Source of the DNA: the human T2T-CHM13v2.0 reference genome, Homo sapiens
Assembly: GCA_009914755.4 (NCBI GenBank)
Contig: CP086569.2
Coordinates: 4,736,001-4,800,000, forward strand
Direction: 5' to 3'
Length of the DNA stretch: 64,000 nt
Position 1 is the first letter of the stretch. Every line of letters begins with the position of its first letter. This document shows, one piece after another, positions 31,781-44,275 of the stretch. The translations under genes and the position numbers were made by a program. Below the pieces are notes generated by a model. It did no database searches. It was not told where the DNA came from and saw only the letters and a list, made by a program, of their open reading frames with translations.

Positions 31781-34700
31781 TTTTTTCTTTTAGTATTGTG
31801 GCATATGAAAAAATATTTCTGACCAACCACCCATAATCATTTTTATCTAAACTGCTATCAATCATTAAAAATGTCTGTGTTTCATTGAGCAAAACTGGGA
31901 CCAGTGTCTTTAAGCTTGTCACTTGCTGAGTCTGTAAAGAATTGGTTAATTGGATATTAATGGAAATTTTAGTTATTCGAATGACTTACATGGTTGCTGA
32001 ATATTGTGCCATAAAATACTGGTTCTGACTTTCAATACATCATTTTAATTAATGTTGGTGTAATTTCATACATGTTATTAATCTCTGGATGGAGGTTAGA
32101 GATTATATTGTATTGATGCCCTGATTAAAGTGTGTTATATTCACGGCACTTGAAGAAAAAAATCACTAGTAGTACAAAAATATCATTGTTTCTCTTAATT
32201 CAACTTGATACCAAACATAACTTAAATCACTCCTAGTTTCGTTGCTATGGGGCATAGTATCTTAACTAGAAATATGAAATACTTCTAGTAAATTTGAGTA
32301 GGTAAAGACTCCCTAAATATATAAACAGTAGTTATGCTTACAGAAAATTGGTGGCATTTTTCCTATCAATGAGTTGTTTTAAGATGAGTCAGAGCTAATG
32401 AAGAGTCAGAAATCATCTCAGAAGACATGGTACTTTCTTCTAAAACAGAAACAGAAACTATTAGGACAAATGGCAATGAATTCTGCCTCCCCCTAAATTA
32501 AAGCAGGAAAGTATGAGTCAGAGGTAAGGCCCTTTTAACATCTCCAGATATATCCCATGGTGTCAGGCCAACTGGATAGACCTTATAAATGGACTTACCT
32601 GAAGCTTTCTTTAGCCCCTCTGTGCATGGCCTCGTATTTTCTGCCCTAAACTTTTCTCTTTTTACTTCAATTATCACTTATCCCGGAGACATATCACGAC
32701 TATCCCATACTCCCCATTCCTTGACTAGTCTTACCTCCAACAAAGAAGAATATGCATTTTAGTTAAAATCCAGATTTATAAAAAAAGACACGTCTATGAT
32801 TCCCAGTCCTTTGCCTCCACTGGGAAAAAATTTTTGATCTGTTTGAAATGTTCAAGGGAAAAAAGACCCAAGTTTGCTGCCTCTCCCATGCCATCCTTCA
32901 GCTTCCCAGCCCTGCCTGTGGAGGTTTGATTCTACTTGGGCTACATCCTACTTCTCAAAAACCAGGTCACTGAGAAATCTGGGACTTTCATTCATATATG
33001 TGTCCAATGTTTTAGTGACCAAAAATAACAACAACAACAAAAAATCTACCACAAGATTCTGTCATTCACCCACTATAGCATTAATGACTTCCAATTATTC
33101 ACCAGGGACTTGATTAGAATGAGCCATCTCTGACTCGTTACTGCCAATTTGAAAGTATTTGCATTAAAGAGCAAAAGATACGAACTATTCTTACAATGCT
33201 TACCCATTTCCAAAAGAATGTGATCCACAGACAAATTTGTCATTTACCAAACTTCTCTCACCAAAATTTGCCACCATCTTTATTATGACGTCCATTTAAT
33301 CAATAGTCAGAGGCCATGAGACACAGAAGAAATGGCCTTCTTATGTGATAGAGAAACTGAAATCTTCTTTTGGAGAAAAGGAGATTTCTGGACTTTGATG
33401 ATAGTAGATCCAAAAGAAACTGGTTGAGGTCTTTTATCAATTTAGAAGGTAGAACCAATCAGAGTTAGAAGCACCCAAGAAGTCCTGAGACTTAAAAGAT
33501 AAAACACCTTCATATGATCTTAAATGTTTAGCACTATTTTCCCTTCTTGAAGTTGTATTATTACTGACTTCCTTTACCTGAGGTTTTCGCTGACATACAA
33601 TGAACCAGAAGCAACTTTAGTTTTATTTTCCTGATATTAATAAGCAATCAGTTAGGTTTATAGCAGTGTCTATTAGTGAAAGATCATATTTTCATTTTTG
33701 ATTACTGATTTTTTAAAGTTTAAGCTAATCACAAGTTTTCATTAAAATTTACCATTAGATCATTACCCTGCTTCTTTAAAACAATAGTTCAGATAAAGTA
33801 CACCTGCAACATAAAAAGCTTTTGGACTTTTCTTACAATGTTCTTAAAGGACCTTTTTACAAGAAATTTTTAAGAAAATCTTCTAAGAAATGTAAAATAC
33901 TTTATACCAGCTATTGAAGAATAGTAACGGTGAATTTTATTTTGAGAACCTGACTCAATTTATACATAGAAATAATAGCACTCAATATTTATTCATATTC
34001 TTAAATGGGCAAGTTAAAATTGTATTTAATTATATACTCTTAAAATTTTAGATGGTATTTCTTTGGTTTCTTTTTTCAATAAACATTACTTTTAGGGGTG
34101 GTAGTTTTGAAGGGAGCAGGGAAGAAATCTTTTTATCAGTAGCTCAATATTCTGGGATCAGAAAACACAATAGTTTTTGTTTTGCTTTTGCTCTTTTTGG
34201 GCAGTAATTACCTGATAAGTTTCTCATACTGAGAGCTCTGCAGAATACAGAGTTCTTGCCAGCATCAAAAGGACTTCCTTTTGAGAAGTAACCATATTTC
34301 AGTGAAAAAATCCTTGAACTAAAAACTAAGAGACTTGGCTTTCAAATCGGGTTCTGTAATAAACCAGCTGTGTGATCACGGGCAAGTCACCTAACCTTAC
34401 TGTGTCTTAGTGTCCTTTTCATAAGAGGAGAAGTAAGGCTAGATGATATCTGAAGTCTTTTCTAGTACTAGTATTCAGTGGTTGAATATCCTATATTTTT
34501 GTTATGAATGCAGCTCATCTAACTTAAGCACAAGAGAGCAGCTGCTAAAAAGAGCTGATTAGCAACAATTAGGAGTGGCATTTCATTTGTATTGCATATC
34601 TTCCCAATTAAAAGCATTTAGTGATTAAAATTACATGCTTGAAATACAGTCTTTAAAAGGAAATATTTTCAAATAAATGAAATCTCTGGGTCAAGGCCAA

Positions 34701-35631
34701 TTTGTATTTTAAACATTTGCATAATATTAAAGAGTTTTGCTGTAGTATAAGGCATGCTTAGCCATTGCAGGTTTTAGAATCTGAAGCGAGACAGAGATAG
34801 AGTCAAAGAGCGAGATAGAGAATGCAAGTGCACATGTGAGCACAAGCAAATGAAACAAGTAAAAAAGAGAATTCTGAATTATTATGCATGCTAGTAAAAA
34901 ATGATTGGTTCCTCCTAGGATGTTTACAGAATTAATCAGATTATATCTTGTGTTTCATTTCTATACTTCACATTAAGTCATATGTTTAAGATTTTCCTTT
35001 CTCTCTGAAAGCCAAAAGCTGACTTTTCAAAATCAAGGGAAGAATAGACTAAAAAAATGGAGACCCGAAAAATAGATGTGCTTCACTGTTCTCGTGGATA
35101 TAACAACCCTGATGTCTTCAATTAAATCTCCTTTGTTCCAGCTTAAAACATTGTGAATTTAAATTAACACTTTACGACATTTCAATCTGAGTGCATATTT
35201 CAAATTTTAACGTAATAAAATCATTTGATTGTTCTCTCAGATGGAGAAACCAGAGTAGTGATAGTGAACACAAGGCCAGAAAAAATGAAATGGTATTTAT
35301 TATATATTTTCTTATAAAAACAAAGTTGGGGGAAGTACACATTAAAACAGAACTTAGTACAAAAATTCTATCATTTTCAAGAATCTGTTCTTAATTTTGA
35401 AATCTGACAAAATAGGGAAAAAAAATCAATCACAGAAATTCCTATTCTTTGGACTACCATTTAAAAAAAAGAACCACATGCTATGAATAGTACTGTTCTA
35501 CAAAATAGGTTTTGCTAAGTCCTAGTGGGAAAAAAAATCCATGTATAATATCTTAAACCTTGTATGTGGCTTTATCAAAATTAACAATACTATTATTAAT
35601 ATTTTAATGTAAACTTATTTCTTCCTAAGAG

Positions 35632-35824
35632 ACATAGTGTTTTCTTACCCAAAGGGAGATGGTGTTTTCTTACCCAAAGAGAGATGGTGTTTTCTTACCT
35701 AAAGAGAGATGGTGTTTCCTTACCCAAAGGGAGATGGTGTTTTCTTACCCAAAGAGAGATGGTGTTTTCTCACCCAAAGAGAGATGGTGTTTTCTCACCC
35801 AAAGAGAGATGGTGTTTTCTTACA
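35632..35824. repeat. Minisatellite: about 8 tandem copies of a 24-25 bp unit (ttttcttacccaaagrgagatggtg)
   Basis: Repeats read directly, with a/g and t/c variants between copies. Confidence 0.95.
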
Positions 35825-38189
35825 CATCACTCTCCTTTCCTTAGTATGACTTTAAAGTAGCGAGGGACTGGCTGACATTAGGGTTATCGGCAGATATGTG
35901 ACTAACGGCTTGGGACATTTTATTGTAATCCATTTTTTATTGTATTTCCCTTGACAAGGCTACAAATGAATTCTGAAATAAATGTTCTAGAAGTAGTGCA
36001 TAGACTCTAAAAGGCACCACAGTATTGAATATATAAGCAACAGTTGCTTTTCCCCCTAATAGTTTTAGACAGCCTATAGCAAACCAAGAATTTTTAGTGG
36101 AATGAAAGTGAATTTATGATAATACTTATTATATCTGTATTGAGAATATTCAATGTGTATTAAAGTATTTCCTTAGTGTTTTCTAAAACAGCCATTTTAT
36201 TGTAGTGTTATCCATTTGAATCTATGTTCTTGCATTCCTGTGGCCCAAAGATGTATCAGTAATACTAAGAGAAAAGTGAAAAAAAATTAAATATCAGGTT
36301 AGTTATTGATAAATCAAGCAGTGGTGAAAGTCAGAAATAAATTTTGAGTCTTTCCACCAGCATTCCTCGATCTAAAGAGTAAATGGCTTTTAATCAGTTT
36401 TAGAACTAGATCTCTTTGGAACTATTTTTAGTACTTACTGGCACTGTATGCATTTTCTGGGCAACTGTACCAGATTTATAGCTCTAAAAGTGCTGTGTTA
36501 TTTATTGCCTTCCAATAGGCAATGAAGTGGTGTCTTGCACATGCATGTGTCAAAAATGTTAAAGTTTTCTCCAGTTGTCTTGTTAATTCTTTCCCAGGAC
36601 AATAGACAAAATATATGGCTCTCTATTTGGCAATGAATATCCTTTATCAATTTTTTAAAAGAAAAAAAAACTTCTCTTGCAAATTTCACATCCAACATCA
36701 ACTTTCTCTTTTTTGATTTTACAAATCTCCACAAAGAATTAAAGTCTCAGAAGGGCTTTATCTTGTTTATTTTAGCAGTTTTTGTCTTGGGTTTGCAATC
36801 CTAAAGCTTATTTTTGAATTTAGGAAGAAATATCACTCACAAATGAAGGTTATTAGGATGAGGTTATTAGAAAGTCCATACATTTTTCATGACCTCAACC
36901 TGAATTGGCACTTTTGTATACTAGAGATCAATGCCATTTCAGATATCAGAATCCAAAAATCAACATATCATGTGTAAATGATTCTTGCATGCAGTTCTTA
37001 TATATTATTTTCTTCCCTGATTTTTGTTTTCTTTGTTGATCACACGTATCCGTGTTTGACAGATGTAGGGTTTTGCATCTTTTCAATAATGCACTGGCTA
37101 CATACCACACTTAGTATTTGTCATAATTTATTCTGAAAATCAAGTTTTACAACTAGGTTGTAAAATTTTACTAGCAATTGACACTTTGGCTTTTATTACA
37201 TTTTTGAACAGAAAAGAAGTAGTTGTTTCAGGAAATAATTTTGAAATTGTTTTCTGGACAGTTTTATTAAAATAAAAGACAAAAAAAAAAACCCAAGTCA
37301 ACAATTATAGAGTATTCCTGTGCCTATACAGACTGAGAATTAACAACAACCAAATTCTGCTCTTCTTTTATCTTTTAAAATAAGAGCCACTACTTTAATT
37401 CGTGCATTTATTTATCTAACAAATGTTTTCTGAATGTGTTCACATATGCCAGGTGCTATATCTTTAGATATTATACATTTAAACAAAGCTTCATGCCATA
37501 TTACTTAGTATATGAAGGCGTACCTAGAGATATACACATAGAGAGTTTGCCCCTATACACAGAAATAAATAATTTTAAGTGGATTTGGAATTCAGGGTAG
37601 TGCAGGTCAATTCTTCCAAACTTTTAACTTTTTTGTATATAAGGATGTGTCGATGCTGAAGATAGGGAGATGATGAATTAAGGAGCCATATGTTTTATCT
37701 TCTTTTTCATTTTTCTCACTGTCCTGCTGTCATGGTCAAACATATGGCAAAAGGCTTCAGTTTTTTAATTGCTCATGTGGATGTGAGCTCAGTTGAACTA
37801 ACTACATTTGGGGTAGGACTGATGTTGGATTCATGTGTTAGTTATTCTTTATTCCTGAAGGAGATTGAACAGAAAACAGTCTTGGAATCATCATTCAGTA
37901 ATAATAGTAAGCTCATGTTGGTACTATACTTTGACGTCAACTTAGATATCTCACCAAAATTTTGTTGAAAATTATTTATGTCTTAACCTGTGGGCAACTC
38001 CTGTTCAAATCCCGTGGACAATATTAAGTTTAAATATGTTTGCTCAGCAAGTCTTTGTAGAACTCTAAAAATCTGGAAAAATGGGGGTTATGCATGCAAT
38101 CACCTGGCTAATCATAGATTCTTTTTAAAGAAAAACATGATGTCTTAGGATAGTACAGTTGAATAGAATTTGTGCAATAATGAAAATGT

Positions 38190-38340
38190 TCTACATCTGC
38201 AGTGTCCAACGTAGTAGCTACTGGCCACATGGAGCTGTTGAGAACTTAAAATATGGGTAGTGCAAGTAGGAACTGATGTTTTAAATTAATCTAATTCATT
38301 TAATTTAAATCTAAATTTAAATGCTCCTTTGGGGCTAATT
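38190..38340 (+). repeat. Second copy of the same unclassified interspersed repeat family
   Basis: gtagctactggccacatggagctgttgagaacttaaaa ... ctaattcatttaatttaaatctaaatttaaatgctcctttggggctaattaccatcatattgaacag. Confidence 0.4.
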
Positions 38341-39974
38341 ACCATCATATTGAACAGAGTAGTTGTGAAACACAGAATAGCAATGGTGACATTATCCATT
38401 AACTAATATGTACATTTCATTATCACCTTGAGAGTTAGAAAAATATATTTTTAAGATTATTGCCATTTCACATAAAGTAATTAAAAGACAGTGAGTATGC
38501 TGATCTTGGATTTTTCATCTGACACAAGCTTGCCTTAATTTGCTTTGGAAAGCAAAGGCCAACTCAAAATTCAGACAAACACATAAAAGTAAAACCTAAA
38601 TATATAAACAAGAAATGCACAAACATAAATACATAAATTTTAAAATTAAAACTTACATATTCGTTTTCCCAGATGTATTGTATTCATAAATTGGATAGTT
38701 GGCTCCGAAACTTAAGAACTTTGGAACATTTTCCTTGTTCTTTTTATATTATATTATCTTTGTTTCTGTTTATGCAACCTCTAATAATAACTTACAATTT
38801 CCCCTTATAGCTCTTATTAAAAATGTAGTGATTCTCTTAATGTAAATCCGTTAGTGTCAATACCATCATTAAATCCATAGTTATTGATTTTTCTTTCACC
38901 TTAACTAGAACTTACCTTTTATCACATTAGTAAAATATGTTTACTCACCACCATAACCTTGGCATCTAGGAGAATGCTCTCACTATATTAGCCACTCAGT
39001 ATTGGAATGTCAAGGATTAAAAGAATAGTATTAAGTGCCATGGATTTTATGAAGTACAATTTAGAAACTATTTTTTCTACCCATAAATAGACATTTTGGA
39101 TTTGAACCTTCCTAAAAACCTCTTAGAATATCATTACAAAAATTAAATTATCATTAATCACTAAATTTGTTTAGATCAAATTATAGTAGTATGTTATGGT
39201 ATTTACTTACATTCAATGTTGTCATGAAATTCTATTTTTTCTTAAAATATGCAGTATATCAAATAATAGATTTTGCTTGCTAATTTTCAAATATAAATAC
39301 GTATAACATGAAAATGTTTTTCTTACTATATAATCAAGGAAAAGCCAGGTTGATTATTGCTCTATCTGAGTAAAATAGGAATAGAATGCTCACGTTTATT
39401 GTATGAATTAAAAACAAAATAACTAATATACTTTGGTTAGCTCTTGTGAAATGTTTTTTTAAATAACGTTGGAACAAACTAATGATTTTAATTAATATTT
39501 CTGAAATGCCATCTTAAATTTTGTAATAAACATCTAATTCCTCCACAAAGATATATTATGGCACTGCATTTGAATAAAAGTATAAGTGAATCTCAGCACC
39601 CCCCCAAAATCTGAAAGTTTGCAGAAATATCTTCAAGTAATTCATAAGAGGAAAAAATGAGATGCATTTGGATATTGTTTAAGACTATATATAGGCAATT
39701 ATAAGACAGGTAAATTTTTTAAAGATAATGTGATTGAAATACATTTATAAACTGATCATATATTCTAGCAGTCTCTGAAAACCTGGTATTATTTATTAGG
39801 TTCTAATTTTTAGGATCTTGTTTTAGACAGTGGTATGACAAAACTATAACCTCAGATCTTATCCTGTTCTTTTATGATACAGCACATAAATGAGAGATCA
39901 ATAACCAATCCATGCCACTTGTCCAGAACATGTATGTTAAAAATGTAGTAGAGAATTAAAAATTATTTAGATGT

Positions 39975-39975
<1 letters not shown>

Positions 39976-40013
<38 letters not shown>
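39976..40013. repeat. (TG)n microsatellite
   Basis: Read directly. Confidence 0.95.
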
Positions 40014-40014
<1 letters not shown>

Positions 40015-40220
40015 CTGTTCATAAATCACCCATGAATAGGAATCTTAAAGTCCTCCTCCGATCTTTTCTTCATACCCTCCAGTACCTTTTTATCTCATTC
40101 ATCTCTGTCATAATGCTGCAAGTAACACTGGACAGGAATCCTCCTCTCTCATTTCTCCTCGGTGAGCTGGCAAGATCACTACGTTTGTGTGTAGGGATCA
40201 TCTTATTGTAGTACAGGGAG

Positions 40221-40546
<326 letters not shown>

Positions 40547-41749
40547 GAGGGGATTGTTTTTTAAATATTCCCATACTGTGACTTTGTGGGCATGAATTGA
40601 AAATAGGTCCTATCCGAAGCTACCTTTTTCAATTTGAGATCTTGACCTGTGAATTTTAGTTCCTTGTGCTTGCATGTTAAAAAAAAAAAAAAAAAAAAAG
40701 TAAGAAAATAACATTGCATTGTTAATCTCTGAGATAATTTCATTTTAACTGTGTGTTCCTATGGGAAATATTGAAATTCTTTGTATTTTATACAAATTTA
40801 TATTTTAACCAGTTTGTGTATTTTTTTTCCATCTGCTAAAGGTTTTAGCTGTATTTATTAGATATGATACTTATGATGTTGTCTTGGAGGAATATTTTTA
40901 TTTCGGTGCTTACTTTGGTACTGAAAAAGCATCTTAGGCAACTGAAATCTACAGTAAAAAATATTTTAATTCATTTGGAATAATCTTGGATAATTCACTT
41001 ACAGCTTCATTTATCTTGCAAAAATTTAGTGACAATTCTTTTTAAAATTCTATATACTTTTTTCTTTTGAAAACTTAAATAGTTCGAAAACCAAACATTG
41101 TGTGTTCTCACTGATATATGGGTGCTAAGTTATGAGGACGCAAAGGCATAAGAATGATACGATGGACATTGGGGACTTTGGGGAAAGAGAAGGAAGGTGG
41201 TGAGGGATAAAAAACTACAAATATGGTGGAGTGTATATTGCTCCAGTGATGGGTGCACCAAAATCTCACAAATCACCACTAAAGAATTTACTCATGTAAC
41301 CAAATACCACCTGAACCCCAATAACTTATGGAAAAATGAAATAAAAAATTAATTAATTAAAAAAACTGAAATAGTTCACATAATTTAAAAAAACTTAAAT
41401 AGCTCACATAAATAAGTTACATATATTACCATAAAATGCTACAATCTGAAGCCTCCTGTCCCCAGAACATCTTCTAGTACAGTTCTCTAATTTTACAAAT
41501 ATCAAGAAAAGTAAAGTAACTTGCTTGTAATCACGATATTTGTTATAGGCAGAGTTGAGACTTAGAACTGAAGTCTTCTGGCACCTATTTCTGAACTGAT
41601 CCCATTATTTTATGTGGCTTCAAGAAACTGAAAATTGTTCTCATTAGATAAGCTAACATAAGTTAAATTATATTTTATTATTCACATTAATATTAATATA
41701 TTAATTTATATTAACATAAGTTAATTCTGTTTCATTGCATGTTTTCCAG

Positions 41750-44242
41750 AGTCAAAACATTTTTGGCCTCGATGTCATTGAAACACCAGAAGGAGACAAG
41801 ATGCCACAACTGATTGTTCAAAAGGAGTTAGATAGGGAAGAGAAGGATACCTATGTGATGAAAGTAAAGGTTGAAGATGGTGGCTTTCCTCAAAGATCCA
41901 GTACTGCTATTTTGCAAGTAAGTGTTACTGATACAAATGACAACCACCCAGTCTTTAAGGAGACAGAGATTGAAGTCAGTATACCAGAAAATGCTCCTGT
42001 AGGCACTTCAGTGACACAGCTCCATGCCACAGATGCTGACATAGGTGAAAATGCCAAGATCCACTTCTCTTTCAGCAATCTAGTCTCCAACATTGCCAGG
42101 AGATTATTTCACCTCAATGCCACCACTGGACTTATCACAATCAAAGAACCACTGGATAGGGAAGAAACACCAAACCACAAGTTACTGGTTTTGGCAAGTG
42201 ATGGTGGATTGATGCCAGCAAGAGCAATGGTGCTGGTAAATGTTACAGATGTCAATGATAATGTCCCATCCATTGACATAAGATACATCGTCAATCCTGT
42301 CAATGACACAGTTGTTCTTTCAGAAAATATTCCACTCAACACCAAAATTGCTCTCATAACTGTGACGGATAAGGATGCGGACCATAATGGCAGGGTGACA
42401 TGCTTCACAGATCATGAAATTCCTTTCAGATTAAGGCCAGTATTCAGTAATCAGTTCCTCCTGGAGAATGCAGCATATCTTGACTATGAGTCCACAAAAG
42501 AATATGCCATTAAATTACTGGCTGCAGATGCTGGCAAACCTCCTTTGAATCAGTCAGCAATGCTCTTCATCAAAGTGAAAGATGAAAATGACAATGCTCC
42601 AGTTTTCACCCAGTCTTTCGTAACTGTTTCTATTCCTGAGAATAACTCTCCTGGCATCCAGTTGATGAAAGTAAGTGCAACGGATGCAGACAGTGGGCCT
42701 AATGCTGAGATCAATTACCTGCTAGGCCCTGATGCTCCACCTGAATTCAGCCTGGATCGTCGTACAGGCATGCTGACTGTAGTGAAGAAACTAGATAGAG
42801 AAAAAGAGGATAAATATTTATTCACAATTCTGGCAAAAGATAATGGGGTACCACCCTTAACCAGCAATGTCACAGTCTTTGTAAGCATTATTGATCAGAA
42901 TGACAATAGCCCAGTTTTCACTCACAATGAATACAAATTCTATGTCCCAGAAAACCTTCCAAGGCATGGTACAGTAGGACTAATCACTGTAACTGATCCT
43001 GATTATGGAGACAATTCTGCAGTTACGCTCTCCATTTTAGATGAGAATGATGACTTCACCATTGATTCACAAACTGGTGTCATCCGACCAAATATTTCAT
43101 TTGATAGAGAAAAACAAGAATCTTACACTTTCTATGTAAAGGCTGAGGATGGTGGTAGAGTATCACGTTCTTCAAGTGCCAAAGTAACCATAAATGTGGT
43201 TGATGTCAATGACAACAAACCAGTTTTCATTGTCCCTCCTTACAACTATTCTTATGAATTGGTTCTACCGTCCACTAATCCAGGCACAGTGGTCTTTCAG
43301 GTAATTGCTGTTGACAATGACACTGGCATGAATGCAGAGGTTCGTTACAGCATTGTAGGAGGAAACACAAGAGATCTGTTTGCAATCGACCAAGAAACAG
43401 GCAACATAACATTGATGGAGAAATGTGATGTTACAGACCTTGGTTTACACAGAGTGTTGGTCAAAGCTAATGACTTAGGACAGCCTGATTCTCTCTTCAG
43501 TGTTGTAATTGTCAATCTGTTCGTGAATGAGTCAGTGACCAATGCTACACTGATTAATGAACTGGTGCGCAAAAGCATTGAAGCACCAGTGACCCCAAAT
43601 ACTGAGATAGCTGATGTATCCTCACCAACTAGTGACTATGTCAAGATCCTGGTTGCAGCTGTTGCTGGCACCATAACTGTCGTTGTAGTTATTTTCATCA
43701 CTGCTGTAGTAAGATGTCGCCAGGCACCACACCTTAAGGCTGCTCAGAAAAACATGCAGAATTCTGAATGGGCTACCCCAAACCCAGAAAACAGGCAGAT
43801 GATAATGATGAAGAAAAAGAAAAAGAAGAAGAAGCATTCCCCTAAGAACCTGCTGCTTAATTTTGTCACTATTGAAGAAACTAAGGCAGATGATGTTGAC
43901 AGTGATGGAAACAGAGTCACACTAGACCTTCCTATTGATCTAGAAGAGCAAACAATGGGAAAGTACAATTGGGTAACTACACCTACTACTTTCAAGCCTG
44001 ACAGCCCTGATTTGGCCCGACACTACAAATCTGCCTCTCCACAGCCTGCCTTCCAAATTCAGCCTGAAACTCCCCTGAATTTGAAGCACCACATCATCCA
44101 AGAACTGCCTCTCGATAACACCTTTGTGGCCTGTGACTCTATCTCCAAGTGTTCCTCAAGCAGTTCAGATCCCTACAGCGTTTCTGACTGTGGCTATCCA
44201 GTGACAACCTTCGAGGTACCTGTGTCCGTACACACCAGACCG
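41750..44242 (+). CDS. PCDH11Y: Protocadherin-11 large exon: cadherin repeats EC1(end)-EC7, transmembrane helix (~43645..43713), proximal cytoplasmic region with a Lys8 run. Acceptor ttttccAG at 41748-41749, donor CCG|gtaggt at 44243.
   Basis: An 846-aa ORF at 41735..44275 carries repeated [36 protein letters not shown] and DVNDNKPVF motifs. It also carries the TM segment [22 protein letters not shown] and [17 protein letters not shown]...[26 protein letters not shown], characteristic of PCDH11X/Y. The polypyrimidine tract plus AG acceptor is in phase with exon 1. The residues at variable positions ([76 protein letters not shown]) match what I remember as the Y-linked forms. Confidence 0.9.
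43807..43832 (+). repeat. PCDH11Y: Coding A-rich (AAG/AAA)n tract encoding KKKKKKKK in the cytoplasmic juxtamembrane region
   Basis: aagaaaaagaaaaagaagaagaag sits within the exon-2 reading frame. Confidence 0.9.
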
Positions 44243-44275
44243 GTAGGTATCCAAGTTTCTAACACAACTTTCTAA
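44243..44275 (+). other. PCDH11Y: Intron read-through extension giving the alternative short C-terminus ...[18 protein letters not shown] (TAA at 44273-44275). The canonical donor gtaggt lies at 44243.
   Basis: The reading frame continues 11 codons past a strong GTAGGT donor to a stop codon. A ...[11 protein letters not shown]-terminus is, to my recollection, a described short isoform of PCDH11X/Y. Confidence 0.5.

Noticed and set aside
35632-35824. Direct-repeat array that could superficially resemble a CRISPR array
   Set aside because: The copies are contiguous with no unique spacers. The context is a human intron, so it is a minisatellite.
41890-43995. Minus-strand ORFs inside the large exon (41890..42093, 42109..42408, 43345..43578, 43622..43837, 43744..43995)
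   Set aside because: They are antisense-frame artefacts of a long, codon-biased coding exon. The plus-strand frame has the protocadherin homology.
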